Counted from the first letter of the stretch, positions 30,319 to 41,093 are shown. The stretch: 64,000 bases of DNA from an uncultured Chloroflexia bacterium (GCA_963736895.1 CAVTQU010000008.1:324345-388344); one strand, 5' to 3'. The notes: generated from the sequence alone by a model not told the origin. Translations and numbers: made by a program.

Positions 30319-31605
30319 TCAGGCGTCGCGAACGGCGGGCAGGAACGCGCCGATCAGGCCGCCAAGCACCGTCAGGCCACCGAATGCCGCGATCACCAGA
30401 CCGGCAGGAACGCTCTCGGCGAGGATGCCGGCAAGGCCCATCGCGAGCGTCATCGAGCCGATCACCAGGCTGCCGCGGAAGGCGACCACGCGGCCCATCA
30501 GCTCGATCGGCGTGAGCTGGATGAAGATCGTCTGGGTGGGGATGATGAAGACCAGGTTGGCGATGCCCATCACCGCAGCCGCTACCAGCGCGATGGCGAG
30601 GTTGCCGGTCAACCCGAGCACGATCGTGGCCAGCCCCATGGCGATGAAGCCGCCGACAACCAGCCGGCCCTTGCGCAATCGCGCGCCGATGGCACCCACG
30701 GCCAGGCCGCCAACGAGGTTGCCGATGCCGATCGCGGTCTCGATCGCCGCGTAGTTGGCGGGATACTCGATGAACTGCCCGCTCAGCTCGTCGCGCGCGA
30801 AAACCACGGTCAGGGCCAGCGTCACGCCGACGGACATCTGGGCGATCGTGCTGATGAGCGTGTTCTGGATCAGCGCCGGCTGGCCGCGCAGGAACTGCCA
30901 GCCCTCGGACAGCTCGTTCGCGAAAACGCGGAAGGCACTGCCGGCCTTCTTGGTCTGGTCGCGGACGAGTGGCGCCACCGCGATGCCCGCCAGGAGGAGT
31001 GCGCTGAGCAGGTAGGTGGCGGAGTCGGCGAAGAACGCCAGGCCGAGCGTGGCCGCGGACGTGCCGAGTATTGCCACGAACAGGCCGGCCAGCGGGAAGC
31101 CGATGATGTCGGCGAGCGTGTCGGCCGTCCAGACGGCGCTGTTGGCCGCCAACACGTCGTCCTCGCGGACGATGCGCGGGATCATCGCGATCTTCGCCGG
31201 CCTGAAGAAGAGGCTGACCGTGGTCACGAGGAACACGAGCGGATAGACGAGCACCACGTTTGCCTCGGCCGCGAAGGGAATCAGCAGCACCAGGGCGGCG
31301 CGGATCAGGTCGCTGGCCACCATGACCCGCTTGTGCTCCCAGCGATCGACGAACGTGCCCGCGATCGGCGACAGCAGGATGTTCGGCAGCGTCGCCGAGA
31401 AGAACACCAGCCCCGTCGCGAGCGGAGAGTTGGTGATGGCGTAGACCAGCACGCCGAGCGCCACCTGGTGCAGCCGATCGCCAAAGAGGCTGATCGTCTG
31501 GGCCAGCCAGAACGAGGCGAAACGAGCGTCCAGCGCCAGTCGGACGTACGGGTGGCCGCGAATTCGTTCGCCAAGCGGCCGCCGCTCCGGCAGCGGCGCA
31601 TCCAT
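30319..31605 (-). CDS. MFS transporter (EntS/MFS_3-like)
   Basis: About 12 TM segments (FASFWLAQTISLFGDRLHQVAL, GTFVDRWEHKRVMV). ATG 31605 (MDAPLPERRP) is an internal Met of ORF 30319..32004, which continues upstream in frame into the DUF5317-like region. Confidence 0.75.
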   Translation of the reverse strand: MDAPLPERRPLGERIRGHPYVRLALDARFASFWLAQTISLFGDRLHQVALGVLVYAITNSPLATGLVFFSATLPNILLSPIAGTFVDRWEHKRVMVASDLIRAALVLLIPFAAEANVVLVYPLVFLVTTVSLFFRPAKIAMIPRIVREDDVLAANSAVWTADTLADIIGFPLAGLFVAILGTSAATLGLAFFADSATYLLSALLLAGIAVAPLVRDQTKKAGSAFRVFANELSEGWQFLRGQPALIQNTLISTIAQMSVGVTLALTVVFARDELSGQFIEYPANYAAIETAIGIGNLVGGLAVGAIGARLRKGRLVVGGFIAMGLATIVLGLTGNLAIALVAAAVMGIANLVFIIPTQTIFIQLTPIELMGRVVAFRGSLVIGSMTLAMGLAGILAESVPAGLVIAAFGGLTVLGGLIGAFLPAVRDA

Positions 31606-32260
31606 GCCCGGACCAAGGCCGCCACCGAGAACGATGGGTCGATCGAAACCGATCCCGGTATCGACCACCGTCTGTTTGCCCGCACCCAGGCTGATGCCCG
31701 GTTCGGCATGTTCCGACCCCCGCACGAGCGTACTGAACACGAACCAGCCCAGTCCCGCACCGATGAAAACGTCCCCGATGCTGGCGACATTGGTCAGGAT
31801 CGGGATGGGCAGCGGGAGGATGTCGGCGATCGGGCCGCCACGCAGGAAGAACTCCAGGCCGAACGTCTCCGGCAGCAGCTTGTGGAAGGCCACGTTCAGC
31901 TCGCCGACGCTCAGTCCTGCTGCGGCCAGCGACGGGCCCCAGACGGGCATCCAGCCGCCGTTGAGCACGATCGCCACGCCGTTCGCGGCGGCACCCACGA
32001 TCACGGCCAGGATGCCGGGATGGTTGCGGTTGGGCCACAGACCGGCAATGAGCAGGGCGAACGCGCCCGCGTACAGCGGCAGGCGCAGCGCATCGGCGAT
32101 TTCCGACGCCGTTGGAGATGGCGACCTGCGTGCCGATGCGCAGCACGACGGCCAGGAAGATCAGCCCGACCCATTTGAGGTGGACGTCGATCAGCCGGCC
32201 GATCTTTCCGCCGAAGAGCAGTCCCCCGAGCAGCCCGATCAGCAGCCCGATAACGATCAT
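31606..32260 (-). pseudogene. DUF5317-like membrane protein, one frame change, no stop before the MFS gene
   Basis: MIVIGLLIGLLGGLLFGGKIGRL.. (32260 frame) shifts near 32100 into ..LYAGAFALLIAGLW..GAAANGVAIVLNGGWMPVW.. (the NGGxMPV motif I associate with DUF5317). That frame runs on into the MFS ORF. Confidence 0.5.
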
Positions 32261-32306
32261 GGCGCTGACGGTATCCGGTTGGCGACCCGCGAAAGTGGTC
32301 TTCGAA

Positions 32307-33677
32307 TTAGACCGGCAAAGCCTCCGCCTCGCCGAGGCGCGGGATTTGTCGCTGGGTCAGGTGCTCGGGGATGTTCGGCTTGGCCCACTCGGGCCGGCGG
32401 GCGATTAGACGCTCGAACGCCTCGACAACCTCGGGATCGAACTGGATGCCGCTGAACTTGCGCAGCTCGTCGAGCGCCTGGCGCTCCGAGAGCGGCGTCA
32501 TGCGGTAAGGACGAGCGGCGGTCATCGCCTCGAACGAGTCGGCGACGTGGAGGATGCGCGCCAGCTTCGGGATCTCGTGACCGACCAGTCGGTCGGGGTA
32601 GCCGGAGCCGTTGAACCACTCGTGGTGATGGCGAATGATGGGCAGCTCGGGCTTGAGCTTCTCGACCGGGCGAATGATCTCCTCACCCTTGACCGGGTGC
32701 GCGTTCATCGCCACGCGCTCTTCCTTGGTCAGGGCGCCCTGCTTGAGCAGGATCGCGTCGGGAATGCCGATCTTGCCGATGTCGTGAAGGAGACCGCCCC
32801 ACTCGAGAGCCTCCAGCTCCGCATCGGAGCAGCCGAGCTCGGCGCCAAGGTCTTTTCCGATCAGCTGCACGCGCTCGGAGTGGCCGGCGGTGAAGGGATC
32901 CTTGGCATCGACGGCACCGGCGAGGCTCCGGACCGTCTGCGTGAACATGTCGCGGATCTCCACGACCTTCTTGTAGCCAGACCGCGTCGCGTACAGCGGA
33001 ACGGCGAACGGCAGAATGCCGATCGGCCCCGCCACGACCCACATGGCCGCCATCAACCACGCCAACGGCCCAAGTCCCGCGAGTGTCAAACCAAATTGCC
33101 GTGCATTGGTCGCGAAAGCACGGGCGATGGTCTCACCGTCCCGGGCACTCGACAAGAGGGCGGCGAGGGCGTTGTTGGTCGCGAAATAGATCAGGCCAAC
33201 GCCGCGACTGCGACGAGGCTGCGCGCAGACGGTTCGAACGACTGGACCAGCTAGCGTGTGGTACAGGATCCCCGACAAAGCGGCGGGAATCACAGCCTCA
33301 GCGTGGTTGTAGAAGGTTCCGTACCAAGGAACACCGTTCCGGCCTGGCAAGAGACCCTTGATCTCACGCCATTCGAGCGTGCCAAGCGCCGCCGCAATCA
33401 CCGCGGCTGATGGACCACCCAGGACAGCGACGGCCACCATCGGCGCCACCACAACACTGAGCATGGCGCCGCTTGCCATCCGAACTGGGACGGCCGAACT
33501 GAGGGCGACGACTGCAATCCAGAACGCGAGGCCCCAGAATCCCGCCGATGTCCGGCAAAATCGGGTACAGCACGAAACAGGCCACCGCAACCAAGGGCGG
33601 CCGCACCCGCAACCAGACCCAACGATGACCTTCACACGGCGAGGCAGAGCTAAGCCTCCGGTGCGGGAAGTAGACAC
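32307..33677 (-). CDS. membrane-anchored HD-GYP domain protein (putative c-di-GMP phosphodiesterase)
   Basis: HD-GYP core (GHSERV, GGLLHDIGKIGIP, HHEWFNGSGYP). The first ~45 codons look like a mosaic of three frames (33540-33640), so the true start is unclear. Confidence 0.8.
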   Translation of the reverse strand: MSTSRTGGLALPRRVKVIVGSGCGCGRPWLRWPVSCCTRFCRTSAGFWGLAFWIAVVALSSAVPVRMASGAMLSVVVAPMVAVAVLGGPSAAVIAAALGTLEWREIKGLLPGRNGVPWYGTFYNHAEAVIPAALSGILYHTLAGPVVRTVCAQPRRSRGVGLIYFATNNALAALLSSARDGETIARAFATNARQFGLTLAGLGPLAWLMAAMWVVAGPIGILPFAVPLYATRSGYKKVVEIRDMFTQTVRSLAGAVDAKDPFTAGHSERVQLIGKDLGAELGCSDAELEALEWGGLLHDIGKIGIPDAILLKQGALTKEERVAMNAHPVKGEEIIRPVEKLKPELPIIRHHHEWFNGSGYPDRLVGHEIPKLARILHVADSFEAMTAARPYRMTPLSERQALDELRKFSGIQFDPEVVEAFERLIARRPEWAKPNIPEHLTQRQIPRLGEAEALPV

Positions 33678-33714
33678 AAAGAAAGTATGGAGGCACCGTC
33701 GGCGCCTCCATACT
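33672..33714 (-). terminator. intrinsic terminator / attenuator-like hairpin
   Basis: On the minus strand: AGTATGGAGGC..GCCTCCATACT (11-bp perfect stem plus 2 inner pairs), followed by TTCTTTGTGT. It lies between the STAND regulator remnant and the HD-GYP ORF. Confidence 0.65.
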
Positions 33715-33732
33715 GGGAGTTAGGTACTAGTA

Positions 33733-33744
33733 GAACGACCGTTC
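33733..33744. promoter_or_regulatory. LexA(Cheo)-box-like palindrome GAAC-N4-GTTC
   Basis: AGAACGACCGTTCG in non-coding DNA. Compare the lexA operator CGAACGCCTGTTCG at 41122. Confidence 0.3.
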
Positions 33745-34011
33745 GCCTAGAGCGGTCTGACTCCGGCACTGGCAACGAGAACCAGCGTAACGATCGTTGC
33801 GGCCAGTGCCGACCAGCCTTGTGATCGTGCGATTCACGCTCTACCAGGACTTGATGCCGCGGTTTGGCTCCATCGGTGCCCACTCCATTTGGGATCCCGT
33901 CTATCGGAACCCGGTCCCAAGCTTGACTCCTGTCGCCCCGTGCCTCTGTACTAGGTACAAACTGCACATTAGGAACCCGGAGCCATCCACCCAATACGCA
34001 GGGCGGCGTAT

Positions 34012-37000
34012 TCAGACGTGGCTTCGGCATGTCTTCGGAGCAGATCTCTCGAAGACGTGCGGATCCAGCCCGTCGGCACGCTCCTGCGAGGCAAAATGGT
34101 CGTACTGAGCGGCGGCGGCGGAGCGTGCCCCGAGCTTCCAGTAGAGCGCACGAGCAATCGTTGCTCGAGATCGTCGTTGCATCCGGATCGGCGTCAACCG
34201 CGCGGACAGCGACATCTCTCGCGGCATCGAGCTCGCCCTTGCCGACAGCCACGATCGATCGGTCTGGATGCGCGAACTCGAGGAATGCGACTTGGACGCG
34301 ACTGCGCCACGACGATCGCCCATTCGTCGTACTCGAACTCAGGAGCAAACGGACCGGTGTAGGCGTCGCGAGGAGGTCGAGACCTGCGCCATCGGCGGCT
34401 GGCGCTGGCTTTCGAGCAGGCCGGAGCGGACGACAGGAAAGTCAGCGCTGTGCGACTCGCACCAGGTCGAGGATCAAGCCAGACGAGGTCCCCTTCGAAT
34501 GGCGATGTACTCAAGCGACATGTCGTCTTCGTACCAGGGATCGATGTCTCGTCTTAGGAAGTACAACGACTGGTTGAGGCTGTTCGATGCACTGGACGGA
34601 TCGTTGTCGGGCCACAGCTCCTCGAGAACTTGCTCACGTGTTGCCGTGAAGTTGGGCCGAGTGACCAGGAACATCAGAAGCGAGGCTGACTTGCGCCTCA
34701 TCGACGCTCAGATCCGACAACACGTTGATCCGATCTGCAGGCGGACTCTCGTCCGAGATCGAGGACGTCGAGTTTCGGACCGACCCTCTTCGCCGAGCTG
34801 ACCACCCAAGCTGAGCCGCGACTCGACCGCGGCGGCTGTATGTCTTGGCGTAAGCACGGAGACGACCAACGTCTTCGAGGTCACCGTGGTCGATCGAGCA
34901 GCAGGGCAGCTACACGAGCGGTCGGAGTATTTCCGCGCTCAAGCTGCCGACGAAGACCGGCAGCCACCGACGCCGGCCACCGATCGACGCTTGTCGTCAC
35001 TCGAGCGGGACTCGTCCGAAGAGATCAAAGATGCAGAGAACGGCCGATTGCGTCGGCTACCTCCAGCCAGCGCGAGATGCCCTACGGCTGCGGCGTTCGT
35101 CACCGCTGCGGTTGCACTCCGCGGCGTCGCCGCGCGCAGAGCATGCAACCAGGGCAAGACGGACCTCAGCGTCGCGAGCCAGCCTGTCTCTCGCCTCAAC
35201 GAGGGCCGGCTGAGCGACGGCCACGGCACTCGTCGTCGTCACCCCCGATGCAGATACGCGAGGGCCAGCGATCGACGCCGTAGACAACGTGTGTCCGAAC
35301 ATCCAATGGGTCCATCAGCTCGCTAGGTCCAGGACGTCGAGCGATCGCCGCCGCTGGGTCGTGCCGGAAGTTCACCGAACGCACGAGCGGTCTCGTAGAC
35401 GGCCGTTGCGATCGGACGTCCGTCACGATTCAGGCGACACTAGACGATTCGGCTCGCGCTAACGAGCATCGAGCTCGTTCCGTTCGGTCTCCGGTCGCGA
35501 GCGCGGCGTAAAGCGAGCTCGGCCGGCGACGCTCGGCGAGCTCGCCGCCAGTCATGGAGTGCCAGGCGACATGCTTCGTTGTCCGCGAGCGAGCGATGTC
35601 GCCCAGCTCGAGGTGAGCGGTCGTGAGAATCGCAGTGCGTGGAAAGCCGTTCCGGAGGCCGAGAACGGCAAGATCCTCGAACTGCGTCTAGAGCCGGGTC
35701 GGCCAATCCTGAGATCGCCTCGCGCTGAAGTCACCCGCGTACAGATATCGCGATCGCAGCGTTGTGGAGACTGATGGCCGCGTAGAAGCTGAGCCCCGCG
35801 GCCGCTTGTGCTTCTGCCATTCGCGCAAAGGCGCTGACGAGTGACGGGCAACGAGGCTACGACGGGCCGCGCAGCGGACTGGCATCGACAAAAATCTGCG
35901 CGATTTCTCTCATGAACGGCCGGCGTCTGATCGTCGGTCTGAATTCGCGTGAAGAGTCGTGAACATCCACTCGCGATCGCCAGACCTCCAACCCAGAGAC
36001 AGCTTGCGTATGTCGAAAGACAGCGCGGGCATCGGGCAGGACGCTCCGGCAGGTCCACTTCGGACAGGACTGCGACGAGCTCTCATCCAGTTCGCCGTCA
36101 TCGATCAAGCGACGAGCCTGGATGGCGAGCCACGGCGGGATCTGCTCGGACACTCCGTCGAGTCGTTCGACAAGGCTGGATGCAATTCCCCACTGGCCGG
36201 AGCCCATCGTGAGCATCACCGAACGGCCGAGGCAGGCCATTGCCTCTTCCTGCCGCCCCGCTTCGATGTAATGGCGGCACGCCAGGAGCGGATCGGACTC
36301 GGCGACAGCGTCGGCGACGGCTACGTGCATTGCCCGGATCGCTTCGGCTGAGTGCCGCATGCGACAGCTGCCGCAACAGGAAGTCGCGCAGCAGTGGGTG
36401 CAGCTGTCGCGCGTCGCTCGACTGACTGGAGCGCGTCAGCAGCCCGAGACGGTCACACTCGTCGATCCACTGGCGAGCCTGATCCTCGCCCGGTGACAGG
36501 CCTCGTCGCTCGGCGAAGAGCGCCACCGCGTGCTGGGGGACGATCCGGTCCAGCAGTGCGGCGCGGATCAAGGAACTCTTCGATGTCCGTGGAAACGTTC
36601 TTCAGGACTTCCTGAGCGAGGAAGTCGTAGATCGCGCCGCTGGCTCCGGACAGTGATTTGGCTAACGCCCTGATGGCACTGGACGGCCGCCCACGAATCG
36701 ATCCGTGGAAGAGCTGCAGACTCGCTGCCCAGCCGTTGGTGCGCGTGCCGATCTCGGACAGGACGTCTGGATCCAAGCGGAACGCCGTATCCATCGGTAA
36801 ACAGGCGGTCCGTCTCCGAATTCGTGAAGCGCAGCTCGTCGGTGGTGATCTCGACGACCTCGCCCATGCCGGCAAGGCGGGCGAGCTGAAGAGTCGGCTT
36901 TCGGCGCGACGAGATCACGAAGTGCAGCCATGCGGGTGAGTCGGAGATGAGCCTGGTGACGAACTCGCCGGCCTCGGCGCTGTCGTCGACGAGGTGAAAG

Positions 37001-37561
37001 TCGTCCAGCACCAGGACCGTGGGTGCTTCACCGAGGCGCGGCAGCTCACCAAGAAGGCTGGCGATGAACGCGCTCTCAGGTGGCCCGCCGGGGGCGACCT
37101 GGGCGAGCAACGAAAGCGTGTTCTGGCCGAAGTCGGGGTCGATTTCCTGCGCGGCGGCGATGACGTAATTGGTCCAGGTGATGGGGTCGGCGTCGGTGGG
37201 ATCGAGCTTGTACCAGAGGCAGCGGGCCGAGGCGCGAGCGGAGAAATCGGCCAGCAGCGTGGTCTTGCCGTATCCGGCCTCGGCGATGACCAGCGTCAAG
37301 CGCGAGCCGGTGGCGTCGGTGAGGCGATCCAGCAGCCGTCTGGCGCGACAGGGTGGAGCTGCGAAGCGGCGGCGGCTGGATCTTGGAACGGATGACCGGC
37401 GCACGATCGTCACCCAGGCCGCCGGATCTACGAGCGGCGGCGTTCTGCCGCCCAGCGGCTGGCCGAACCGACTCCCGCGTCGCAGACGGAAGCACCCGCG
37501 CGGCCGCCGGTGCTACGCGAGTTGGCTCGCTCACAGCGGCGACCAGCGGGCGTCGGACCAT
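34012..37561 (-). pseudogene. STAND-type regulator (AAA ATPase - helical/TPR - winged-helix + BTAD), many frame changes
   Basis: N-terminus is ..APVIRSKIQPPPLRSSTLSRQ (37076..37561 frame). P-loop is LTLVIAEAGYGKTTLLADF with VLVLDDFHLV (36568..37413). MalT-like middle region is NGWAASLQL, LHPLLRDFL. The wHTH is LLMFLVTRPNFTATREQVLEELWPD..SLNQSLYFLRRD (34474..34701). The BTAD-like end is EYDEWA.., ..LYWKLGARSAAAAQYDHF.. (34012..34400). The pieces are scattered over all three frames. It may be one gene or two. Confidence 0.5.
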
Positions 37562-37638
37562 GTCGGCATCATCGGCGCGGTGCCTTATGCGCGGCTTATT
37601 GGCGTCTGTGGATAACTAGCCTGGAGTACCCGGTCGCC

Positions 37639-37851
37639 CTAGCTCGAGCCGCCCTCGTACTCGAAGTGCAGCTTCAGCTCCACGCGGTACTCGACGATCT
37701 CGCCGTTCTCCACCTTGGCGCTCGACTTCACGACCTCGATCTCGCGGATGTTGCGCACCGTGCGCGCCGCGGTCGTGACCGCCTGACGCGCGGCATCGCT
37801 CCACGACTTGGGACTCGTCCCGACCAGCTCTCGAATGATGACCACGCCCAT
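37639..37851 (-). CDS. dodecin family protein
   Basis: MGVVIIRELVGTSPKSWSDAARQAVTTAARTVRNIREIEVVKSSAKVENGEIVEYRVELKLHFEYE. GAGGAGGAG SD precedes ATG 37851. Confidence 0.8.
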   Translation of the reverse strand: MGVVIIRELVGTSPKSWSDAARQAVTTAARTVRNIREIEVVKSSAKVENGEIVEYRVELKLHFEYEGGSS

Positions 37852-37927
37852 CTCCACTCCTCCTCGAAATGGCCGCGAGTGTACGGCGCGAGGGAACTTC
37901 GGCATACCCTTCGCCGTCCAAAGCGCC

Positions 37928-38896
37928 ATGTCCAAGTTGAACACCTCTTCCGTCCGCGCCCGTCACCTCGCCGCGACGCTTCCGGCGTTGGCGCTGGCCG
38001 CATTGATCACCGCCTGCAACGTCGGCACTGTTGCCACGCCGCCGCCCAGCGCTCCGCCGTCCAACGGCCCGACCACCCCTCCGGCAACTCCGCCAGGCCC
38101 GACCGCAGACACCGACGCCTCTTCCGACTCCCACCCTCAATCCCGACCAGATCCAGCACCCCACCGGCGCCACGGACATCGTCCTGCGCATGGAGCAGGG
38201 CGGCGGCTTCGTCCCGATGAACTTCATGCTCACCCAGTCGCCTCAGTTCACGCTCTACGGCGACGGCACGGTGATCTTCCACCAGCTGGACAACCGCCAG
38301 AACGCCTTCGACCTGCCGATGCTCCCGTGGCTGAAGGGCCATCTCGACGAGGAGGGCGTCCAGGCACTGCTGCAGTACGCGCTGAGCACCGGCCGCTTGC
38401 TGAACGCCAAGGAGAGCTACGACAACCCGATGGTCGCCGACGCCGGATCGACCATCTTCACGCTCAACGCGGGCGGCCTGTCGAAGGTCGTGAACATCTA
38501 CGCGCTGTTCGAAGGGGCCGACCCGGGCGTTCCCGACGCAGGCCGATCGTGCAGGCTTCAGCCAGCTGCAGACGGTCCTGAATGACTTCGGCAGCCAGGA
38601 CGGGCTGGGCGACGTGGTCGACTACGAGCCCGACCCACTACAAGGTCGTGTTGGTGGAGGGCTTCGGCGAGCCGGTCGGCGAGGCGATCGACTGGCCCTG
38701 GGACGACCTGACGCCGGCCGACTTCCCCGCCGGCGACGAGCCGGGCGGCATCAAGATCCTGGACGCGGAGCACGTCTCCAAGCTGCTGGAAGTGCCGAAC
38801 GGCGGCCACGTGGGCGTGTGGGTCAACGATCCAGACGGCAACCTGGTCCAGCTGGCCGTCCGCCCGTTGCTCCCCGACGAGAACCCCGAGAGCTAG
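37928..38896 (+). pseudogene. lipoprotein of unknown function, about 3 frame changes
   Basis: Signal plus lipobox (LALAALITAC) at ATG 37928, then a Pro/Thr linker. The conserved-looking body is in ORF 38031..38585 (..FVPMNFMLTQSPQFTLYGDGTVIF..) and ORF 38582..38896 (..YKVVLVEGFGEP..VWVNDPDGNLVQLAVRPLLPDE). Confidence 0.5.
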
Positions 38897-38905
38897 CTCC
38901 CGGAG

Positions 38906-40270
38906 CTAGTTGTAGGCGGGCGTTCCTGCGTAGCGGCTCTCGTCCGCGATCGAGACGAAGCGCGTCTGGCGCTTCCGGAAGTACAGCTTGGTCTCGCCGG
39001 TGGGGCCGTTGCGGTGCTTGGCCAGGCGCAGGTTGATGACCTCGCCCTCTGGATCGTCGTCCTCGCCGCCGCGCTCCTTTTCGCGCCACAGGAACATCAC
39101 GAGGTCGCTGTCCTGTTCTATGGAGCCCGATTCCCTCAGGTCTGAGAGCCGCGGTTCCTTGGATTCGCGCATCTCCGTCTGACGGGAGAGCTGCGAGAGC
39201 GCGATCACCGGGACCTGGAGCTCGCGCGCCAGCGCCTTGAGCCCACGGGTGATCTCGCTGACCTCCTGGACTCGGTTGGCGTCGCGCGCGTTGGTGGACG
39301 ACTGCATCAGCTGCAGGTAGTCGACCACGATCATGTCCAGCCCTGCCTCCGCCTGTAGTCGGCGGGCCTTGGTGCGCAGCTCCATGGTGCTGATGTTTGG
39401 CGTGTCGTCGATGTAGATGGGCGCCTCGGCGAGGCTGTTCATGGCCGGCGCCAGGCGGGTGAAGTCCATCTCCTCCAGGAAGCCCGTGCGCAGGCGCTGC
39501 GAATCGATGTTGGCGACCGAGCTGAGCAACCGCAGGACGAGCTGCTCCTTGCTCATCTCCAGGCTGAAGATGCCGACGCTCTTGCCTTCCGTGACCGCGG
39601 CATGCTCGGTGAAGTTGAGCGCCAGGCTGGTCTTTCCGACGCTGGGGCGGGCAGCAACGATGACCAGGTCCGACTTCTGGAGTCCGCTGGTGAGCGTGTC
39701 CAGGTCCGCGAACCCGGTGCGGATGCCGCTGATCTCACCCTTGTGCTGGTGGAGATAGTCCAGCCGGTCGTACGCCGAGTGCAGCAGCGTCTTCAGCGGG
39801 GAGAAGCCGCTGTCCACGCGCCGCTCGCTGACGCTGAAGAGCTCCTGCTCCGCGCGGTCGATGGACTCGCTGACGTCCGCCGAGTCGTCGTAGCCGATGG
39901 AGGCGATCTTGCCCGCGGCGCCGATGAGGTTCCGCAGGACCGCCTTGCGCTCGACGATGCGGCCGTAGTGGACGGCGTTGACCGCGGTGGGGGTGAGGTT
40001 GATGAGGCTGGTCAGATAGGCCGAGCCACCGACCTGCTCCAGCGCGGAGCTCCGCTCGAGCGTTTCCGAGACGGTGACGATGTCCACAGGCTCGCGCCGC
40101 TCGTACAGCTCAAGGATGGCGCCGAAGATCGTGCCATGCGCCTGACGATAGAAGTCCTGTGGTCGCAGGAAGTCGGCGACCTCGATCACCGCGTCGCGGT
40201 CGATCAGCAGGGCGCCGATAACCGACTGTTCGGCGTCGATTGATTGCGGCGGAAGGCGGTCGATGGACAA
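38906..40270 (-). CDS. dnaB: replicative DNA helicase DnaB
   Basis: Intact 454 aa with PPQSIDAEQSVIGALL, Walker A (AARPSVGKTSLALN) and RecA-like C-terminal motifs. TTG start with a GGGAGA SD. Confidence 0.95.
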   Translation of the reverse strand: MSIDRLPPQSIDAEQSVIGALLIDRDAVIEVADFLRPQDFYRQAHGTIFGAILELYERREPVDIVTVSETLERSSALEQVGGSAYLTSLINLTPTAVNAVHYGRIVERKAVLRNLIGAAGKIASIGYDDSADVSESIDRAEQELFSVSERRVDSGFSPLKTLLHSAYDRLDYLHQHKGEISGIRTGFADLDTLTSGLQKSDLVIVAARPSVGKTSLALNFTEHAAVTEGKSVGIFSLEMSKEQLVLRLLSSVANIDSQRLRTGFLEEMDFTRLAPAMNSLAEAPIYIDDTPNISTMELRTKARRLQAEAGLDMIVVDYLQLMQSSTNARDANRVQEVSEITRGLKALARELQVPVIALSQLSRQTEMRESKEPRLSDLRESGSIEQDSDLVMFLWREKERGGEDDDPEGEVINLRLAKHRNGPTGETKLYFRKRQTRFVSIADESRYAGTPAYN

Positions 40271-40445
40271 GTAGCGGGTCTCCCGGCGGCTCTCTAAGCG
40301 GCTGATGGGTGCCCGATCTGCTCGTCCGACCGGTGGCGGAGATGGTCCAGCGCCAGACGAACAGACACAACAGGGTTATGTACGAGGTCTGTCCCCCGTT
40401 TTTGGACGGTCTGTGGATTGTGTGGACCGATGTGGTCCGGGATGG

Positions 40446-41093
40446 TCAGTCCACGCGGCGGATGACGCCGATCAGCTTTCCCTGGATGTTGACGTTGTCG
40501 TAGAACTGCGGCGGGTACTGATCGTTGGCGGGCTGCAGACGGACGCGGTTCTTCTCCTTGAAGAAGCGCTTGAGAGTGACCGCGTTCTCCTCCACCTGGG
40601 CGACGACGATGTCCCCATCGTGAGCGGTCTGCTGCGGCCGGATGACGACGTAGTCGCCGTCCGTGATGTGCGCATCGATCATGGAGTCGCCACGCACGCG
40701 GAGCACGTATGCATCCCCGTTGGCGACGACCGCATCAGGCACGGTGATCGTCTCGGTGGCGTCCTGGTAAGCCTCGATAGGACCGCCGGCTGCGATCTCA
40801 CCCAGGATGGGCAACGAGCGGCTGTCCGCATTGATCTGCGGAATCAGGCCGGAGCTGCCTCCCGACCGCATGGAGGCGCTGGGAGTTACGCGGATGGCGC
40901 GAGAGTGACTCGCTCCGCGTTCCAGCTGGCCCTCACGCTCGAGTGCCTGGAGGTGGTGGTGGACGGCCGACGTTGAAGCAAGATCCACTGCCTTCGCGAT
41001 CTCACGAACAGACGGCGGATACCCCCGCTGGCGAACCGTGGCGGCTATGTAGTCAACGATGCGCTGCTTGCGAGCGGCGTCGTGCTTGGTCAA
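40446..41093 (-). CDS. lexA: LexA repressor
   Basis: wHTH (GYPPSVREIAKAVDLASTSAVHHHLQALEREG), cleavage-site region and S24 peptidase (VRGDSMIDAHI..VTLKRF). TTG 41093 lies 5 nt after GGAAGGAGG. The ORF-track N-terminal extension belongs to another gene. Confidence 0.9.
   Translation of the reverse strand: MTKHDAARKQRIVDYIAATVRQRGYPPSVREIAKAVDLASTSAVHHHLQALEREGQLERGASHSRAIRVTPSASMRSGGSSGLIPQINADSRSLPILGEIAAGGPIEAYQDATETITVPDAVVANGDAYVLRVRGDSMIDAHITDGDYVVIRPQQTAHDGDIVVAQVEENAVTLKRFFKEKNRVRLQPANDQYPPQFYDNVNIQGKLIGVIRRVD

Noticed and set aside
40271-40445. DnaA-box-like words (TGTGGATTG, TGTGGACC) upstream of dnaB, possible origin
   Set aside because: There are only two weak 6-7/9 matches, with no AT-rich unwinding element and no dnaA/dnaN context. 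This is most likely chance.
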